Assembly: GCA_033764315.1 (NCBI GenBank)
Contig: JANRJA010000075.1
Span: 64,001 to 128,000 of the forward strand
Reading direction: 5' to 3'
DNA from: Oculatellaceae cyanobacterium bins.114
GTDB taxonomy: Bacteria > Cyanobacteriota > Cyanobacteriia > Elainellales > Elainellaceae
DNA: 64,000 bases
Below the pieces are notes generated by a model, which was not told the DNA's origin, made no database searches, and saw only the letters and a program-made list of their open reading frames with translations. The translations under genes were made by a program, and so were the position numbers. Below are positions 1 through 9,921 of the stretch, piece after piece. Every line of letters begins with the position of its first letter. Position 1 is the first letter of the stretch.

Positions 1-75
1 TGCTAAACCAGCCCAAGCGTTACCTGCATGAAGTTTCCCTTTAAAGGTAATTGGCTGCTCAATGGGTTGCTGCAT
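1..75 (-). CDS. 5' end of a possible CDS running off the window (MQQPIEQPITFKGKLHAGNAWAGLA...)
   Basis: ATG at 75 on the minus strand, frame open to the window edge; no family recognised. Confidence 0.35.
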   Translation of the reverse strand, partial: MQQPIEQPITFKGKLHAGNAWAGLA

Positions 76-234
76 AAGTTGGATGTTTCCAGGAATATCA
101 GGCACTAGCCAATTTTTCCCAGCCGACCGCCAAATCTTTAGCTCTCTAAAAAACTCTTTAATTTTCTAAAAAACAAAGACCTGTTTGAGGCAAGTTTCAC
201 AAATAGATTAATATCCTCTAATATAGGAAAGCTT

Positions 235-319
235 GGAGAGGTGGCAGAGTGGTCGAATGCGCTCGACTTGAAATCGAGTGTACCGAAAGGTACCGAGGGT
301 TCGAATCCCTCCCTCTCCG
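235..319 (+). tRNA. trnS: tRNA-Ser(TGA)
   Basis: GGAGAGG/CCTCTCC acceptor stem, anticodon loop CTTGAAA, long variable arm, GGTTCGAATCC T-arm; CCA not encoded. Confidence 0.97.
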
Positions 320-332
320 TTCAAAGAATTTC

Positions 333-1871
333 TTAGGCTTTTGGTGGAAGAGTTTTGATTAAATAATGTTCAGCGATCGCACTGGGATCTTCGCTGGAGT
401 AAGCTCTTGCATAGGTTCGGGTGTAATTTTGCCGCAAAAATCGATAGATGCCCCGGTGACTCTTAATTTCTTGGGTGCGTCTGGCTAACACAATTTGCTC
501 AGGGCGGTAGGCTTGCAGCACTTCCAGTAGATTGTCCAGCGTAAAGTTGCCCGACGCAAGGCGTTTGTTAGAGAGCACTGCAACTTCTGGAGGAATAGGC
601 AACGCCGCATAAAAGGGAATCATGGGGCGATCGGAGAAAACCCATTGGGTGCGATCGCGATGCTGTTTTAAAATCTCGACGATCTCCCATTGTGATGAAG
701 GTCTGCCCCAGGGACTGGCGATCTTTGCAGGAATTAAAACCACTGAGAAGGCGAACAAGATCATCGCCACTGCTGGAATGGCAATTTTTTGCAACTCCAG
801 CGACTTAATCCAGTCACGCCATGCAGCTTGCTGAAAAAACTCAACCACAATGGCAACGCCATATGCTGATAACCAGGCCATTGGAATTGAAAGTAATAGG
901 TAATGGTGATACCAGATAGGGCGATGGTTGAACAGCAACAGAGCCGCTGTCAGCAGCCAAGCCAAGGGAAACAAGTCTGCCCAACGTCGCTTGAAAACAA
1001 TCGATATAACCCCGATCGCCCCTAACCTCACCAGATCAAGATCATTGCGAACAAGGGATAGTAAATAAGGCACTCCATTCGTACTGTCGTATTGATCTTT
1101 AATCGAGTTATCTAAATGAGATTGCCATAGTTGATCGTAGTTAATTGAGTTAAATAGAAACCCTAAAACAAAATAGGTCAAAATTAGACTACTCAACCAT
1201 AAAACTATTTTTGTAATGATAGAATGCGGCGATAAAATAGGCTCTCTTTGGGATGAGTTAGCTTCACTAAACTGAGAGCTTAAGAGCAGCACAACCACCA
1301 GCGGTACTAAAAAAACAGTAAATAGTTTGACTTGTAATGATAGAGCCAGTAAACATCCTGAAAGAATGAGTAAAAACTTGTGGTGGTGTCGTTGATAGAG
1401 GGTCAATATGTAAATCGACACCATTGCCAACGCTAACGATGGCAGACCAATCATGACCGATACACTAAGCTTGGCGTATGACCATGACAAGATTAAAAAC
1501 AAACTGCCAAAAAAAGCAGAAAATCGACCTAATTTGTCCTTAATGATTTGATAAAAAGACCCAACTAAGAGTATTGAGAACAAAAGAATTAATACCCGAC
1601 TGGCGACAACTGAGGAGCCAACAATGTTGAACCAAAGTGACAGAATGAAGGTTAATAATGGAGGTTGATCATTCCACGTTTCTGTATAGAGTGGAATACC
1701 TTTCCAATATAGAAAGGCTTTCATCAAGTTAATCCCTTCGTCATTGTCAAACTCAAAAGTTCGCCCAAAGGGAATGTCTAAAACGACCAGCAGAATCAAC
1801 AGGAAGGGCGGTAAAAGATCAAGAGCGATCGCCTTTACACCCTGCCGATTGAGTTTGATTTGAGATAACAT
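333..1871 (-). CDS. GT-C fold glycosyltransferase (ArnT/PMT-2, GT39/GT83-like), polytopic membrane protein
   Basis: DNDEG acidic motif after TM1, DQPPL motif, many TM helices, WYHHY motif. Confidence 0.8.
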   Translation of the reverse strand: MLSQIKLNRQGVKAIALDLLPPFLLILLVVLDIPFGRTFEFDNDEGINLMKAFLYWKGIPLYTETWNDQPPLLTFILSLWFNIVGSSVVASRVLILLFSILLVGSFYQIIKDKLGRFSAFFGSLFLILSWSYAKLSVSVMIGLPSLALAMVSIYILTLYQRHHHKFLLILSGCLLALSLQVKLFTVFLVPLVVVLLLSSQFSEANSSQREPILSPHSIITKIVLWLSSLILTYFVLGFLFNSINYDQLWQSHLDNSIKDQYDSTNGVPYLLSLVRNDLDLVRLGAIGVISIVFKRRWADLFPLAWLLTAALLLFNHRPIWYHHYLLLSIPMAWLSAYGVAIVVEFFQQAAWRDWIKSLELQKIAIPAVAMILFAFSVVLIPAKIASPWGRPSSQWEIVEILKQHRDRTQWVFSDRPMIPFYAALPIPPEVAVLSNKRLASGNFTLDNLLEVLQAYRPEQIVLARRTQEIKSHRGIYRFLRQNYTRTYARAYSSEDPSAIAEHYLIKTLPPKA

Positions 1872-1887
1872 CTTCGCTTGAGTCTAG

Positions 1888-3051
1888 TTAGAGCAACCCG
1901 ACAAAGTGTAATGGCCCATGACCACTCAGCAACTCAATGATCAGCGCAATAAAGCCCAACATGGCTAAGCGTCCATTCCACACCTCAGCGGTGGTGGTTA
2001 GACCCCATTCCCATCGCTCTGGTGGATAGATTTTCACTTCTTTTTGGGGCCGTATAACTTCGCTCAAGTCCACAGGTGGGCTATTGCGAGCATTGATAAC
2101 CAGATTGGCGAGATCTTCTATGAAAAGGGGGTGTGTGTTCAATGCTGGAACCCGATGGAAATGATGAATTCCAGCTTGTTCTGCCACTTCTCGATACTCG
2201 ATATCGATTTCCTGGAGGGTTTCGATGTGCTCTGAAACAAAGCTAATGGGAATCACTAATAGATCTTCGACTCCCTGGGCTGCCAAATCAGCGATCGCAT
2301 CTTCGGTATAGGGTCTTAGCCACTCCACCGGACCCACCCGACTCTGATATGCCAGAGTGTGAGCATTGGGACGATTTAGCGTTTGCATGATTAATGCGGT
2401 ACAGGCTTCAATTTCTTTTTGATAGGGGTCGCCTGCCTCTTCGACATAACTCACGGGCACCCCATGAGCACTAAAAAAGAGGTGGACATTGTTGGGGTTG
2501 GGGGATTGGTCTAGCTCTTGAGCAATCAGTTGAGCCATCGCTTGCAAATAGCCAGGGCTGCTATACCAGGATGGAATGACGGTGTGCTCAACCTTTTGCA
2601 GGGCAGGGTCTTCTTTCCACAGGTCATCTAACAACCGGAAACTAGAACCGCTCGTGCTGATAGAAAATTGAGGATATAGGGGCAAAATGACCAGTTGCTC
2701 GATGCCATCTCGCTTAATGCGGGCGATCGCCTCCTCCGTAAAGGGGTACCAATAGCGCATTCCCACATAGACTTGTGCCTCATGCCCTTTTTGCCGCAAA
2801 ACTTCTTGCAATTCCTGGGCTTGCTCTTCAGTAATGCGACGCAGCGGTGAACCGCCACCAATTTGTTTGTAGTTCTCTTGCGACTTGCTGGCACGAGAGC
2901 TCGAAATGAACCATGCCAGAGGCTTTTGCAGCCAAGGGAAAGGCAACCGAATGATCTCTGGGTCAGAGAACAGATTAAATAGAAAGGGACGAACGTCCTC
3001 TAATTGGTCTGGTCCCCCCAAATTGAGCAGTAAAACCCCAAAACGACCCAT
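1888..3051 (-). CDS. hemH: ferrochelatase with C-terminal CAB/HLIP domain
   Basis: LLNLGGP, GGGSPL, FSAHG, YQSRVGP, SEHIETL motifs; C-terminal [16 protein letters not shown] motif. Confidence 0.98.
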   Translation of the reverse strand: MGRFGVLLLNLGGPDQLEDVRPFLFNLFSDPEIIRLPFPWLQKPLAWFISSSRASKSQENYKQIGGGSPLRRITEEQAQELQEVLRQKGHEAQVYVGMRYWYPFTEEAIARIKRDGIEQLVILPLYPQFSISTSGSSFRLLDDLWKEDPALQKVEHTVIPSWYSSPGYLQAMAQLIAQELDQSPNPNNVHLFFSAHGVPVSYVEEAGDPYQKEIEACTALIMQTLNRPNAHTLAYQSRVGPVEWLRPYTEDAIADLAAQGVEDLLVIPISFVSEHIETLQEIDIEYREVAEQAGIHHFHRVPALNTHPLFIEDLANLVINARNSPPVDLSEVIRPQKEVKIYPPERWEWGLTTTAEVWNGRLAMLGFIALIIELLSGHGPLHFVGLL

Positions 3052-3219
3052 AGTGATTACACGTTCCCTAGCGTTTTAATATTTTTCAATAATTTTAACA
3101 ATGGAAACCCTATTGCAAACCAATTGCAACAGCCAGAACTCTACTACACCTATTAGAGTTGTTTATACCTTAAGTTCACATTAAAACTTAGCCCTATTTC
3201 ACCTTCATTTCAACGTTTC

Positions 3220-4398
3220 ATGACTGACTTGTCTCCCATTGACACCCGCATCATGCAGGTCAATCAACGACTCAAAGCGGCTCAACTCGGTTTTCAGGTC
3301 GAACGCCGAGGTGAAAAATTAAGCCTGCGGGGGACGTTGCCCCCTCGCCCTGGCAGCGATCGCCTGCGTCCTCATCAACAACGGCTTAGCCTCAATCTTC
3401 CGGCAACAACCGCTGGGTTAAAGCAAGCCGAGCAAGAAGCCAAGATTATTGCGGCTCAACTGATTCAAAATACCTTTAGCTGGAAGCCTTATCTATCGGT
3501 TGGGGGAGGCAAACGTTTAAATCAGATGGATCTAGCGGAGCAGGTCAAGGCGTTTCACCAACATTTTTTGGCACAAACTCAACGCACTCGATCAGCATCT
3601 ACTAGGGCCACCTGGACGACTGCCTATGAACCCTATCTGCGAAAACTACAAGCGATCGCCCACTCTCGTGCTCATCTCAGCCTGCCAGAAGCTATCTATG
3701 CCACAATTCACGCTACAGAACCCAACTCGCGCAGTCGGCAAATTTGTTGCACGGCTTTAGGTGCATTTGCCAGCTTTTTAGAAATTGAGTTGCCCACTGA
3801 TCTAAAAACGCTATGGGGCAGTTATGGAGTAAATCAGACTCAAGCCCGTGATTTGCCCTCTGATGAGGCTATTATTGCCGCCTATGAAACCATCCCTAAC
3901 CCAGCCTGGCGTTTTGTCTATGGCGTTATGGCAACGTATGGATTGCGAAATCACGAGGTTTTCTTTTGCGATTACACGGCGTTGCAACAGGGCCGCAAAG
4001 AAGCCTCAATCGAAGTCTTAGGCACAACTAAAACAGGGCACCACGAAGTTTGGCCTTTTTATCCTGATTGGGTAGAGCGATTTAACCTGCGTCAGGTTGA
4101 GTTGCCTCCTGTGAATACCGACCTCAACCAGACGACGCTTCAACGGATTGGTCAACAGGTGAGTGTTCAATTTCGGCGATATGACCTACCTTTCTCCCCC
4201 TATGATTTGCGCCATGCCTGGGCAGTCCGCACGATTCACGTGGGCTTGCCAGATACGGTTGCTGCCCGCATGATGGGGCACTCTGTCACTGTCCATACCC
4301 GCACTTATCACCGTTGGATGACTCGACGCGACCAACAACAAGCTGTAGAGGCCGCCCTAAATCGAATTCAAATGGCAGCTTTATCTGATAAAACCTGA
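3220..4398 (+). CDS. site-specific tyrosine recombinase/integrase (XisA/XisC-like N-terminal arm-binding region)
   Basis: GLRNHE (R), TKTG (K), YDLRHAW (xxxR), MGHS (H), HTRTY (Y) catalytic signatures. Confidence 0.9.
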   Translation: MTDLSPIDTRIMQVNQRLKAAQLGFQVERRGEKLSLRGTLPPRPGSDRLRPHQQRLSLNLPATTAGLKQAEQEAKIIAAQLIQNTFSWKPYLSVGGGKRLNQMDLAEQVKAFHQHFLAQTQRTRSASTRATWTTAYEPYLRKLQAIAHSRAHLSLPEAIYATIHATEPNSRSRQICCTALGAFASFLEIELPTDLKTLWGSYGVNQTQARDLPSDEAIIAAYETIPNPAWRFVYGVMATYGLRNHEVFFCDYTALQQGRKEASIEVLGTTKTGHHEVWPFYPDWVERFNLRQVELPPVNTDLNQTTLQRIGQQVSVQFRRYDLPFSPYDLRHAWAVRTIHVGLPDTVAARMMGHSVTVHTRTYHRWMTRRDQQQAVEAALNRIQMAALSDKT

Positions 4399-4432
4399 CA
4401 ATGATGATTAGAGTAATCGAGATAAAAGGGTA

Positions 4433-4621
4433 ATGGAAAATACAGCCGAGTTTAGTTGTGCCTATTGTGGTGAACCCAACATAACGTTTGTGGATTTAAG
4501 TGCCGGAGGACAGCAATCCTATGTAGAAGATTGCCAGGTTTGTTGTCGTCCTAATCATTTGTATATTGTGATTGATGAAGATACGTTGGATATTGAGATT
4601 AGTAGTGAATACGAAGGATAA
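4433..4621 (+). CDS. CPXCG-motif cysteine-rich small protein
   Basis: CAYCGE...YVEDCQVCCRP zinc-ribbon signature. Confidence 0.85.
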   Translation: MENTAEFSCAYCGEPNITFVDLSAGGQQSYVEDCQVCCRPNHLYIVIDEDTLDIEISSEYEG

Positions 4622-5014
4622 TCGCTGTTTATTTGAATTGAAAAATTTAGACGGTTGGGTTGTTATTTGACTCACCCATTTTCCAGAAATCTAAGTTCTG
4701 GCTTGTAGATAGAGTATGGAGTTCTTTTTACTGATTATTAGTCTATGGTTGGCCTTGTTATTTATGAACTTTTTCTATGCTGCTCTAAAGCTTTTAAACT
4801 GGTTGTGGGCACCGGGTTGCTTTAGTGTTGCAGTAGTTTTGCTGCTAGTGGCATGGTGCATAGCGGACGAATAGCGAGTGTAAGTATTGTGGTGAGAGTG
4901 GGTTCCTAAAATTTTTTATAGCCCTCTTAACCCAGTGACAAAAGATTGAGTTGCTAGATTGAGTTGCTATAGTGTTGGTTAAGGTTTTGAGTAAGGATAG
5001 CGGTTAATACACAC

Positions 5015-5344
5015 ATGATAGATTGGGCACATCTTCACCAAATTACTGATGATAACCCTGCCTTTGAGGTAGAACTTTTAAAGCTCTTTATGGCTGATAC
5101 ACATACTCAAATCAAAAGTTTAAAACGAGCGATCGCCCTTGAAGATTTTTTTGAGGTTGAACAGATTGCTCATCATATTAAAGGAGCCAGTGCCAATATC
5201 GGTGTAACTCCAATTCACCTCACCGCCAGCTCACTAGAAGAACAAGCTTTTTGTAAAGAAGTAGCCACAATTGATCAATTTACAGAAAATTTAGAGCAGA
5301 CTTTAGATCAATTAGAGGAATTGATTAAATCGCTATCTAGTTAA
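5015..5344 (+). CDS. stand-alone Hpt (histidine phosphotransfer) protein
   Basis: AHHIKGASANIG Hpt motif. Confidence 0.9.
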   Translation: MIDWAHLHQITDDNPAFEVELLKLFMADTHTQIKSLKRAIALEDFFEVEQIAHHIKGASANIGVTPIHLTASSLEEQAFCKEVATIDQFTENLEQTLDQLEELIKSLSS

Positions 5345-5849
5345 CAGTTGTTTGATACTTTTTGATGATCAATAAACAATTTCGTTGATCAGGGGTGCGA
5401 GTATAGCTCAATACATCTGCCATTCGATGCATCAACTTTAGTCCGCGTCCTCCTTCGGCTTCATGATTGACATCTTTAGACAATCGAGCCAGGGTTTTTT
5501 CTAAGTCAAAACCTGCACCAAAATCCCAAATTCGGATCTCTAAACAACCCTCTAAGACCACGACTTCAATATCAATCACCGTATCACTGGGCTGACCTTT
5601 GTGAGCATGACGAACTGCATTTGTGAACCCCTCTGCTAAAGCGAGTTGGCACTGTAACCAAACGGAATGTGGAATCGTAGAATGGTTAAATTGGTCAAAC
5701 CATGCTAGAACTTGAGCCAGAGCGTGAAGATCAGTGTTAGTACGCAGGTGTGCTTTCAAAAGTGATTCCAATTTAAGAAAATCCTTTGACTGAGGAATTA
5801 TCGACTGAACTCTATCGCTTCCCTTTGTAGCTTCAATCCTATTAAGCAC
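5337..5849 (-). CDS. RsbW-like anti-sigma factor Ser/Thr kinase (HATPase_c_2)
   Basis: EGFTNAVRHAH (N box), IWDFGAGF (G1), EGGRGL (G2). Confidence 0.88.
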   Translation of the reverse strand: MLNRIEATKGSDRVQSIIPQSKDFLKLESLLKAHLRTNTDLHALAQVLAWFDQFNHSTIPHSVWLQCQLALAEGFTNAVRHAHKGQPSDTVIDIEVVVLEGCLEIRIWDFGAGFDLEKTLARLSKDVNHEAEGGRGLKLMHRMADVLSYTRTPDQRNCLLIIKKYQTTVN

Positions 5850-5935
5850 TCAACAGCAAATTTAGATTGCTAAAGTATAACTATTTACAAAAATTAGGTG
5901 CTAAGACAAACCAATCATGAATTTTTTAATTAATC

Positions 5936-7069
5936 ATGGCTCAAATTTTAGTCATTGATGATGATCCAACCATTCGTTTAATTTTAAGGCGATCGCTTAA
6001 AAGTCATAACTATGAAGTTGTAGAAGCGACCAATGGTGAGGAAGGCATTAATCTGGCACGCCAACTCTGCCCAGCGTTGATCATTTGCGATTGGATGATG
6101 CCGATTATTGATGGGTTAGACGTTTGTCGGTTGGTCAAAGCTGACCCGACTCTCTCAGCCACCTTCTTTATTTTGTTGACTGCACGAGGAGCACTAGAAG
6201 ATCGGGTCAAAGGACTGGACACGGGTGCAGATGATTTTCTCTCTAAGCCGATCGAGATTAGTGAGTTGCAGGCAAGAGTGCGAGCCGGATTGAGGCTTCA
6301 TCAAGTCAATATTGATTTACAGCGACAAAAACAGATTTTAGAAGCAGAGTTTGCAGAAGCCGCAACCTATGTGCAATCGCTGCTGCCGACCTCTTTTACG
6401 GGCAAAGTATCTCTCCACTCCCGCTTTATTCCCTCGCGACAACTAGGGGGAGATTGCTTTGATTGTTATTGGCTTGATCCAGATTATTTGGTGATGTATT
6501 TGTTGGATGTGTCGGGGCATGGTTTGGGTGCTGCTCTACCCTCTATTACAGTGCTAAATTTGCTGCGATCGCAGTCCTTACCCGATGCCAATTTTTATCA
6601 ACCCCATGATGTACTGAGGGTGCTGAATGAAACCTTTCAGATGGATAGTCAAAATGATAAATATTTCACGATTTGGTATGGGGTTTATAACCATGCCAAA
6701 CGTCAATTAACGTATTCCAGCGCAGGGCATCCTCCAGCCATTTTGGTATCGCCTTCAGATGAAGCAAGCCCTCAAGTAAAACAGTTGAGAACGGCAGGAT
6801 TGCCGATTGGGATGTTGGCAGATACGACCTATATTAGCGATCGCCAGGATGTTCCCATCAACAGCACACTTTATGTTTTTAGTGATGGAATCTACGATTT
6901 TAACCAGCTTGATATGGAGGCTTGGGGTTTAAATCAATTCATCCACTTGTTAACGAATATGAATGGCACGATTGACTTGGATGACATTCTTAAAAAAGTG
7001 CGGGAGGTAAATCAAATAGAGGCGTTTGATGATGACTTGTCGTTACTTAAAATCGACTTTAGTAGTTAA
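5936..7069 (+). CDS. response regulator receiver + SpoIIE/PP2C phosphatase (RsbU/RsbP-like)
   Basis: REC (IDDD, CDWMMP, SKP) followed by GGD, DVSGHG, SAGHPP, SDG, DDLS motifs. Confidence 0.92.
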   Translation: MAQILVIDDDPTIRLILRRSLKSHNYEVVEATNGEEGINLARQLCPALIICDWMMPIIDGLDVCRLVKADPTLSATFFILLTARGALEDRVKGLDTGADDFLSKPIEISELQARVRAGLRLHQVNIDLQRQKQILEAEFAEAATYVQSLLPTSFTGKVSLHSRFIPSRQLGGDCFDCYWLDPDYLVMYLLDVSGHGLGAALPSITVLNLLRSQSLPDANFYQPHDVLRVLNETFQMDSQNDKYFTIWYGVYNHAKRQLTYSSAGHPPAILVSPSDEASPQVKQLRTAGLPIGMLADTTYISDRQDVPINSTLYVFSDGIYDFNQLDMEAWGLNQFIHLLTNMNGTIDLDDILKKVREVNQIEAFDDDLSLLKIDFSS

Positions 7070-7231
7070 CTCGTTGTGAGTGATTGTGAGGCTCGATATT
7101 GGTTCTTTTGAGGGGCATTAGCTGTGGGCGATCGTTATCGACACGAGAATGATAAAGTAACCTATTCAGGATGTCTTAACCCCAAAACCCACAAATTGAA
7201 TTAACCATTACTTGAGCTAAATTGACGCTAC

Positions 7232-9013
7232 TCATCCTTTCAACCACTGTTCAATTCCGTCAGCTAAGGTATCTGCTAATCGACGTTGAGCCGTAGGGTT
7301 GACAATCCACTCAAACTCATTAGGGTTAATCATGAACCCCAGTTCGAGCAACACGCAGGGAGCAATGGTCGGGCGAGTCAAGGCGAGGTTATTCCAAAAC
7401 ACGCCATAGGAGGGGCGATCGCCCTGTTCTACCAAGTAATTGTGCAGAAATACGGCAAGGCTGTGGGCTTGGGTGTTGTACCAAAACGTACCGACTCCAT
7501 CTGTATTCTCGGCATCGCCACTGTCGGGTAAGGCGTTGTAGTGCAGACTCAGGGCGATCGCTGGCTTTACCTGATTGATCTGGTTGACCCGATCTTGCAA
7601 GGGTAGGTCAATATCGGTTGTGCGGGTCATCGACACCGTTGCCCCTCGTTGCACCAATTCATCCCGCAACAGCAGCGAGACTGCCAAAGCGACATCCTTT
7701 TCGGGATATCCAGTAGGGCCACGTGATCCCAAATCTTCAGGACCACCATGTCCCGGATCAAGCAAAATGGTGGCTCCTGTGAGCGATCGCCCTGACAAAA
7801 CAGGGGGATGCCGCAATGACAGAATCAGGCTCGTGCCTTCATAGCGCAGGCTGTAACCCCACTGCTGATTTGACTTCAGGTTAAAAGTGTATTGCGCCTT
7901 GCCGGGAGCAGGTTGCTGCCAGTCGAGCCGCTCAATTAGGGGGTCATCATTCAAAAAAATCGTGTCGGTTTGAGCCGTGATGTTATGCAGGGTTAGGGTA
8001 AAGGTGCGATCGCCCTGTTGCACGGTGACGGGAACGGGCACTTGTAGCGGAAAAACAATCTCGGTTGCACCCTCTACTTGGCGGGAAGTGATACTGCGGA
8101 TCAAGGTTTGGGTCAACGTGGCGTGAGGCAAAACTTGCACATCGGTGTTACGAATCCAGGCACCATAATCGAGTCGCCACCACTCGCCCTCATACCCTGT
8201 GACCGTGGCTCTCGTGCCAGTGGGTAGTGGCGTCAGGCGAGAGTAGTCTGTACTTGGGCCCGTGCGAGCAGTTCCCGATGGAACGACGACTGCCACAATC
8301 GTTGGATTGGTGGGAGCCAGAATGGTGACTCGACCGGGAGCCGCTTGACGAATGGTTTGCCCTCCCAAGGTTAGTTGAAACTGGGGTTGCCCCAAATCAC
8401 CAACTTGATTAAAGATAGTGCAACCTTGATAGCGTTGAGCGGTGTTGAGTGCGACTGGTTCGTTTTGATTGGTAAGCACTGCTGAATTGAGGGGTAAATC
8501 AGCATGGCTGCTCTGGGGTGACAAAGGAATGGTTTGAGTTCCAATCGAGAGGCTAACGGTAGCATTGCCAGGGGCGATCGCTTCAAAACAAATGGGTTCT
8601 CCTGGTAAACGGGCAATGTCTACCGCTGGAGTCAGTGACCCCTCGGCAAAGGCTGTTCCTGTTGGGGTCGGAGCTACAGCAGATTGACGATTGACTCGAA
8701 GGATTAACTCTTGATCTTGATGGCGCAGCGTGAACAGGTTATCACCCAAACTCAGGGGAAAACTCGGTGCAAAGTGTCCCGCAGGGCTGCGACGAATGGG
8801 TTGCCCATTAACGGTCACATCACCGTTGGCAGGAGCCGTTCCAATTAAAAAGATGTTGCTAGAGGTCGTCTCATGCCCATCAGGTGGATATGCCACAAAC
8901 AGGGGTTGATCGGCGAGAGCGATCGCCCCACTCAAAATGGTGATCAGAGCGGCGATCGCCCCCATCACCCAAAATCTCAGTGGCTTGCGAGTCCAACGCT
9001 GTAATCTAAACAC
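7232..9013 (-). CDS. N-acetylmuramoyl-L-alanine amidase (Amidase_3) with signal peptide and SH3/AMIN-like region
   Basis: LDPGHGG, EKD, SLHYNA, LLELGF zinc-amidase motifs; ARTGPS SH3-like segment. Confidence 0.92.
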   Translation of the reverse strand: MFRLQRWTRKPLRFWVMGAIAALITILSGAIALADQPLFVAYPPDGHETTSSNIFLIGTAPANGDVTVNGQPIRRSPAGHFAPSFPLSLGDNLFTLRHQDQELILRVNRQSAVAPTPTGTAFAEGSLTPAVDIARLPGEPICFEAIAPGNATVSLSIGTQTIPLSPQSSHADLPLNSAVLTNQNEPVALNTAQRYQGCTIFNQVGDLGQPQFQLTLGGQTIRQAAPGRVTILAPTNPTIVAVVVPSGTARTGPSTDYSRLTPLPTGTRATVTGYEGEWWRLDYGAWIRNTDVQVLPHATLTQTLIRSITSRQVEGATEIVFPLQVPVPVTVQQGDRTFTLTLHNITAQTDTIFLNDDPLIERLDWQQPAPGKAQYTFNLKSNQQWGYSLRYEGTSLILSLRHPPVLSGRSLTGATILLDPGHGGPEDLGSRGPTGYPEKDVALAVSLLLRDELVQRGATVSMTRTTDIDLPLQDRVNQINQVKPAIALSLHYNALPDSGDAENTDGVGTFWYNTQAHSLAVFLHNYLVEQGDRPSYGVFWNNLALTRPTIAPCVLLELGFMINPNEFEWIVNPTAQRRLADTLADGIEQWLKG

Positions 9014-9025
9014 CTGTTAGAGGAA

Positions 9026-9141
9026 AGGATAAACGATGAACGATGAAGGATAAGAAAGTGGAAGGGGAAAACGATAGGCGATGACAAAGAGGAAGAATTT
9101 TATCCCTCATTATTTATCCTTTATCGTTTATCCTTCATCCT
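9026..9141. repeat. degenerate heptameric STRR (AAGGATA/GAAGGAT and complementary TATCCTT/ATCCTTC) in inverted arrangement
   Basis: purine-rich block followed by a complementary pyrimidine-rich block; same family at 13602-13753 and 14475-14560. Confidence 0.6.
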
Positions 9142-9841
9142 TTTTATTTTTAATAGGACTGACTTTAGCACGATATAACAGCTTTTCTCCCTGACGATAG
9201 CCGGTGTAGCGTACCCGAACGCGATCTTGAAGAGACACCCGCAAGGGGTCGCCCGGTTGCACATTGCCCTCCATCAGTTGATGCCATTGAGGATCATAGG
9301 TCACCTCCTCCCCCACAGCGGCGATCGCCTCAATGCCCCAACTCTGCAACAACTGATCGATTGGGCGCAGCAGGGGCAATAAGCGGGTCGCTGGAATCTG
9401 CGGGTTTTGCTGAGCCGCATACATTGCCGTTGGCAGTTGTAGTAAAAGCGATTCCAAGGTTTGCAAACTAGCACGCTGAAATTCTTGTTGGAGGCTGTCT
9501 CGCTGCTCTACCAATTGGGTTTGTAGCCGTTGATATTCCTGCTTCAGTTCTGCGATTTGGGCTTTCAGATCTGCCGTAGGAGCCGTTTCAGGCTGTTCTT
9601 CTGACAGTGCAATCTTCTCTGAAAACAGCTCTACTAATTCTGGCAGCGATCGCCCCAAGGCTTGACTTAGCTTCTGCACCTGCCCCACTTGCATCTGGGC
9701 GATCTTGCCCTGTCGCAATTGCTGCACCTGCCATTCCGACACGCCGGCTAAACGGCTCAAGGCTTTAAAGCTCGAAACACCCACCAATTGCATGAGCGAT
9801 CGCAATTGATGGGTGTAATCTGACGCAATAGAACGACTCAT
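9128..9841 (-). CDS. XRE-type HTH fused to coiled coil and GrpE-like C-terminal domain
   Basis: N-terminal HTH (KALSRLAGVSEWQVQQL); C-terminal YDPQWHQ...GY...LYRAKV resembling the GrpE head. Confidence 0.8.
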   Translation of the reverse strand: MSRSIASDYTHQLRSLMQLVGVSSFKALSRLAGVSEWQVQQLRQGKIAQMQVGQVQKLSQALGRSLPELVELFSEKIALSEEQPETAPTADLKAQIAELKQEYQRLQTQLVEQRDSLQQEFQRASLQTLESLLLQLPTAMYAAQQNPQIPATRLLPLLRPIDQLLQSWGIEAIAAVGEEVTYDPQWHQLMEGNVQPGDPLRVSLQDRVRVRYTGYRQGEKLLYRAKVSPIKNKKDEG

Positions 9842-9921
9842 GAGACTAAGCTTGACCCGACAAGAGAGAACTAATCATCATTATCCCTCTTGGTCTCCAC
9901 TCAGCCCTCAGCCCTTCATGA

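Noticed and set aside
235..4398. prophage or integrative island from tRNA-Ser to the integrase
   Set aside because: It would include essential hemH; no tRNA 3' duplication and no phage or conjugation genes were found.
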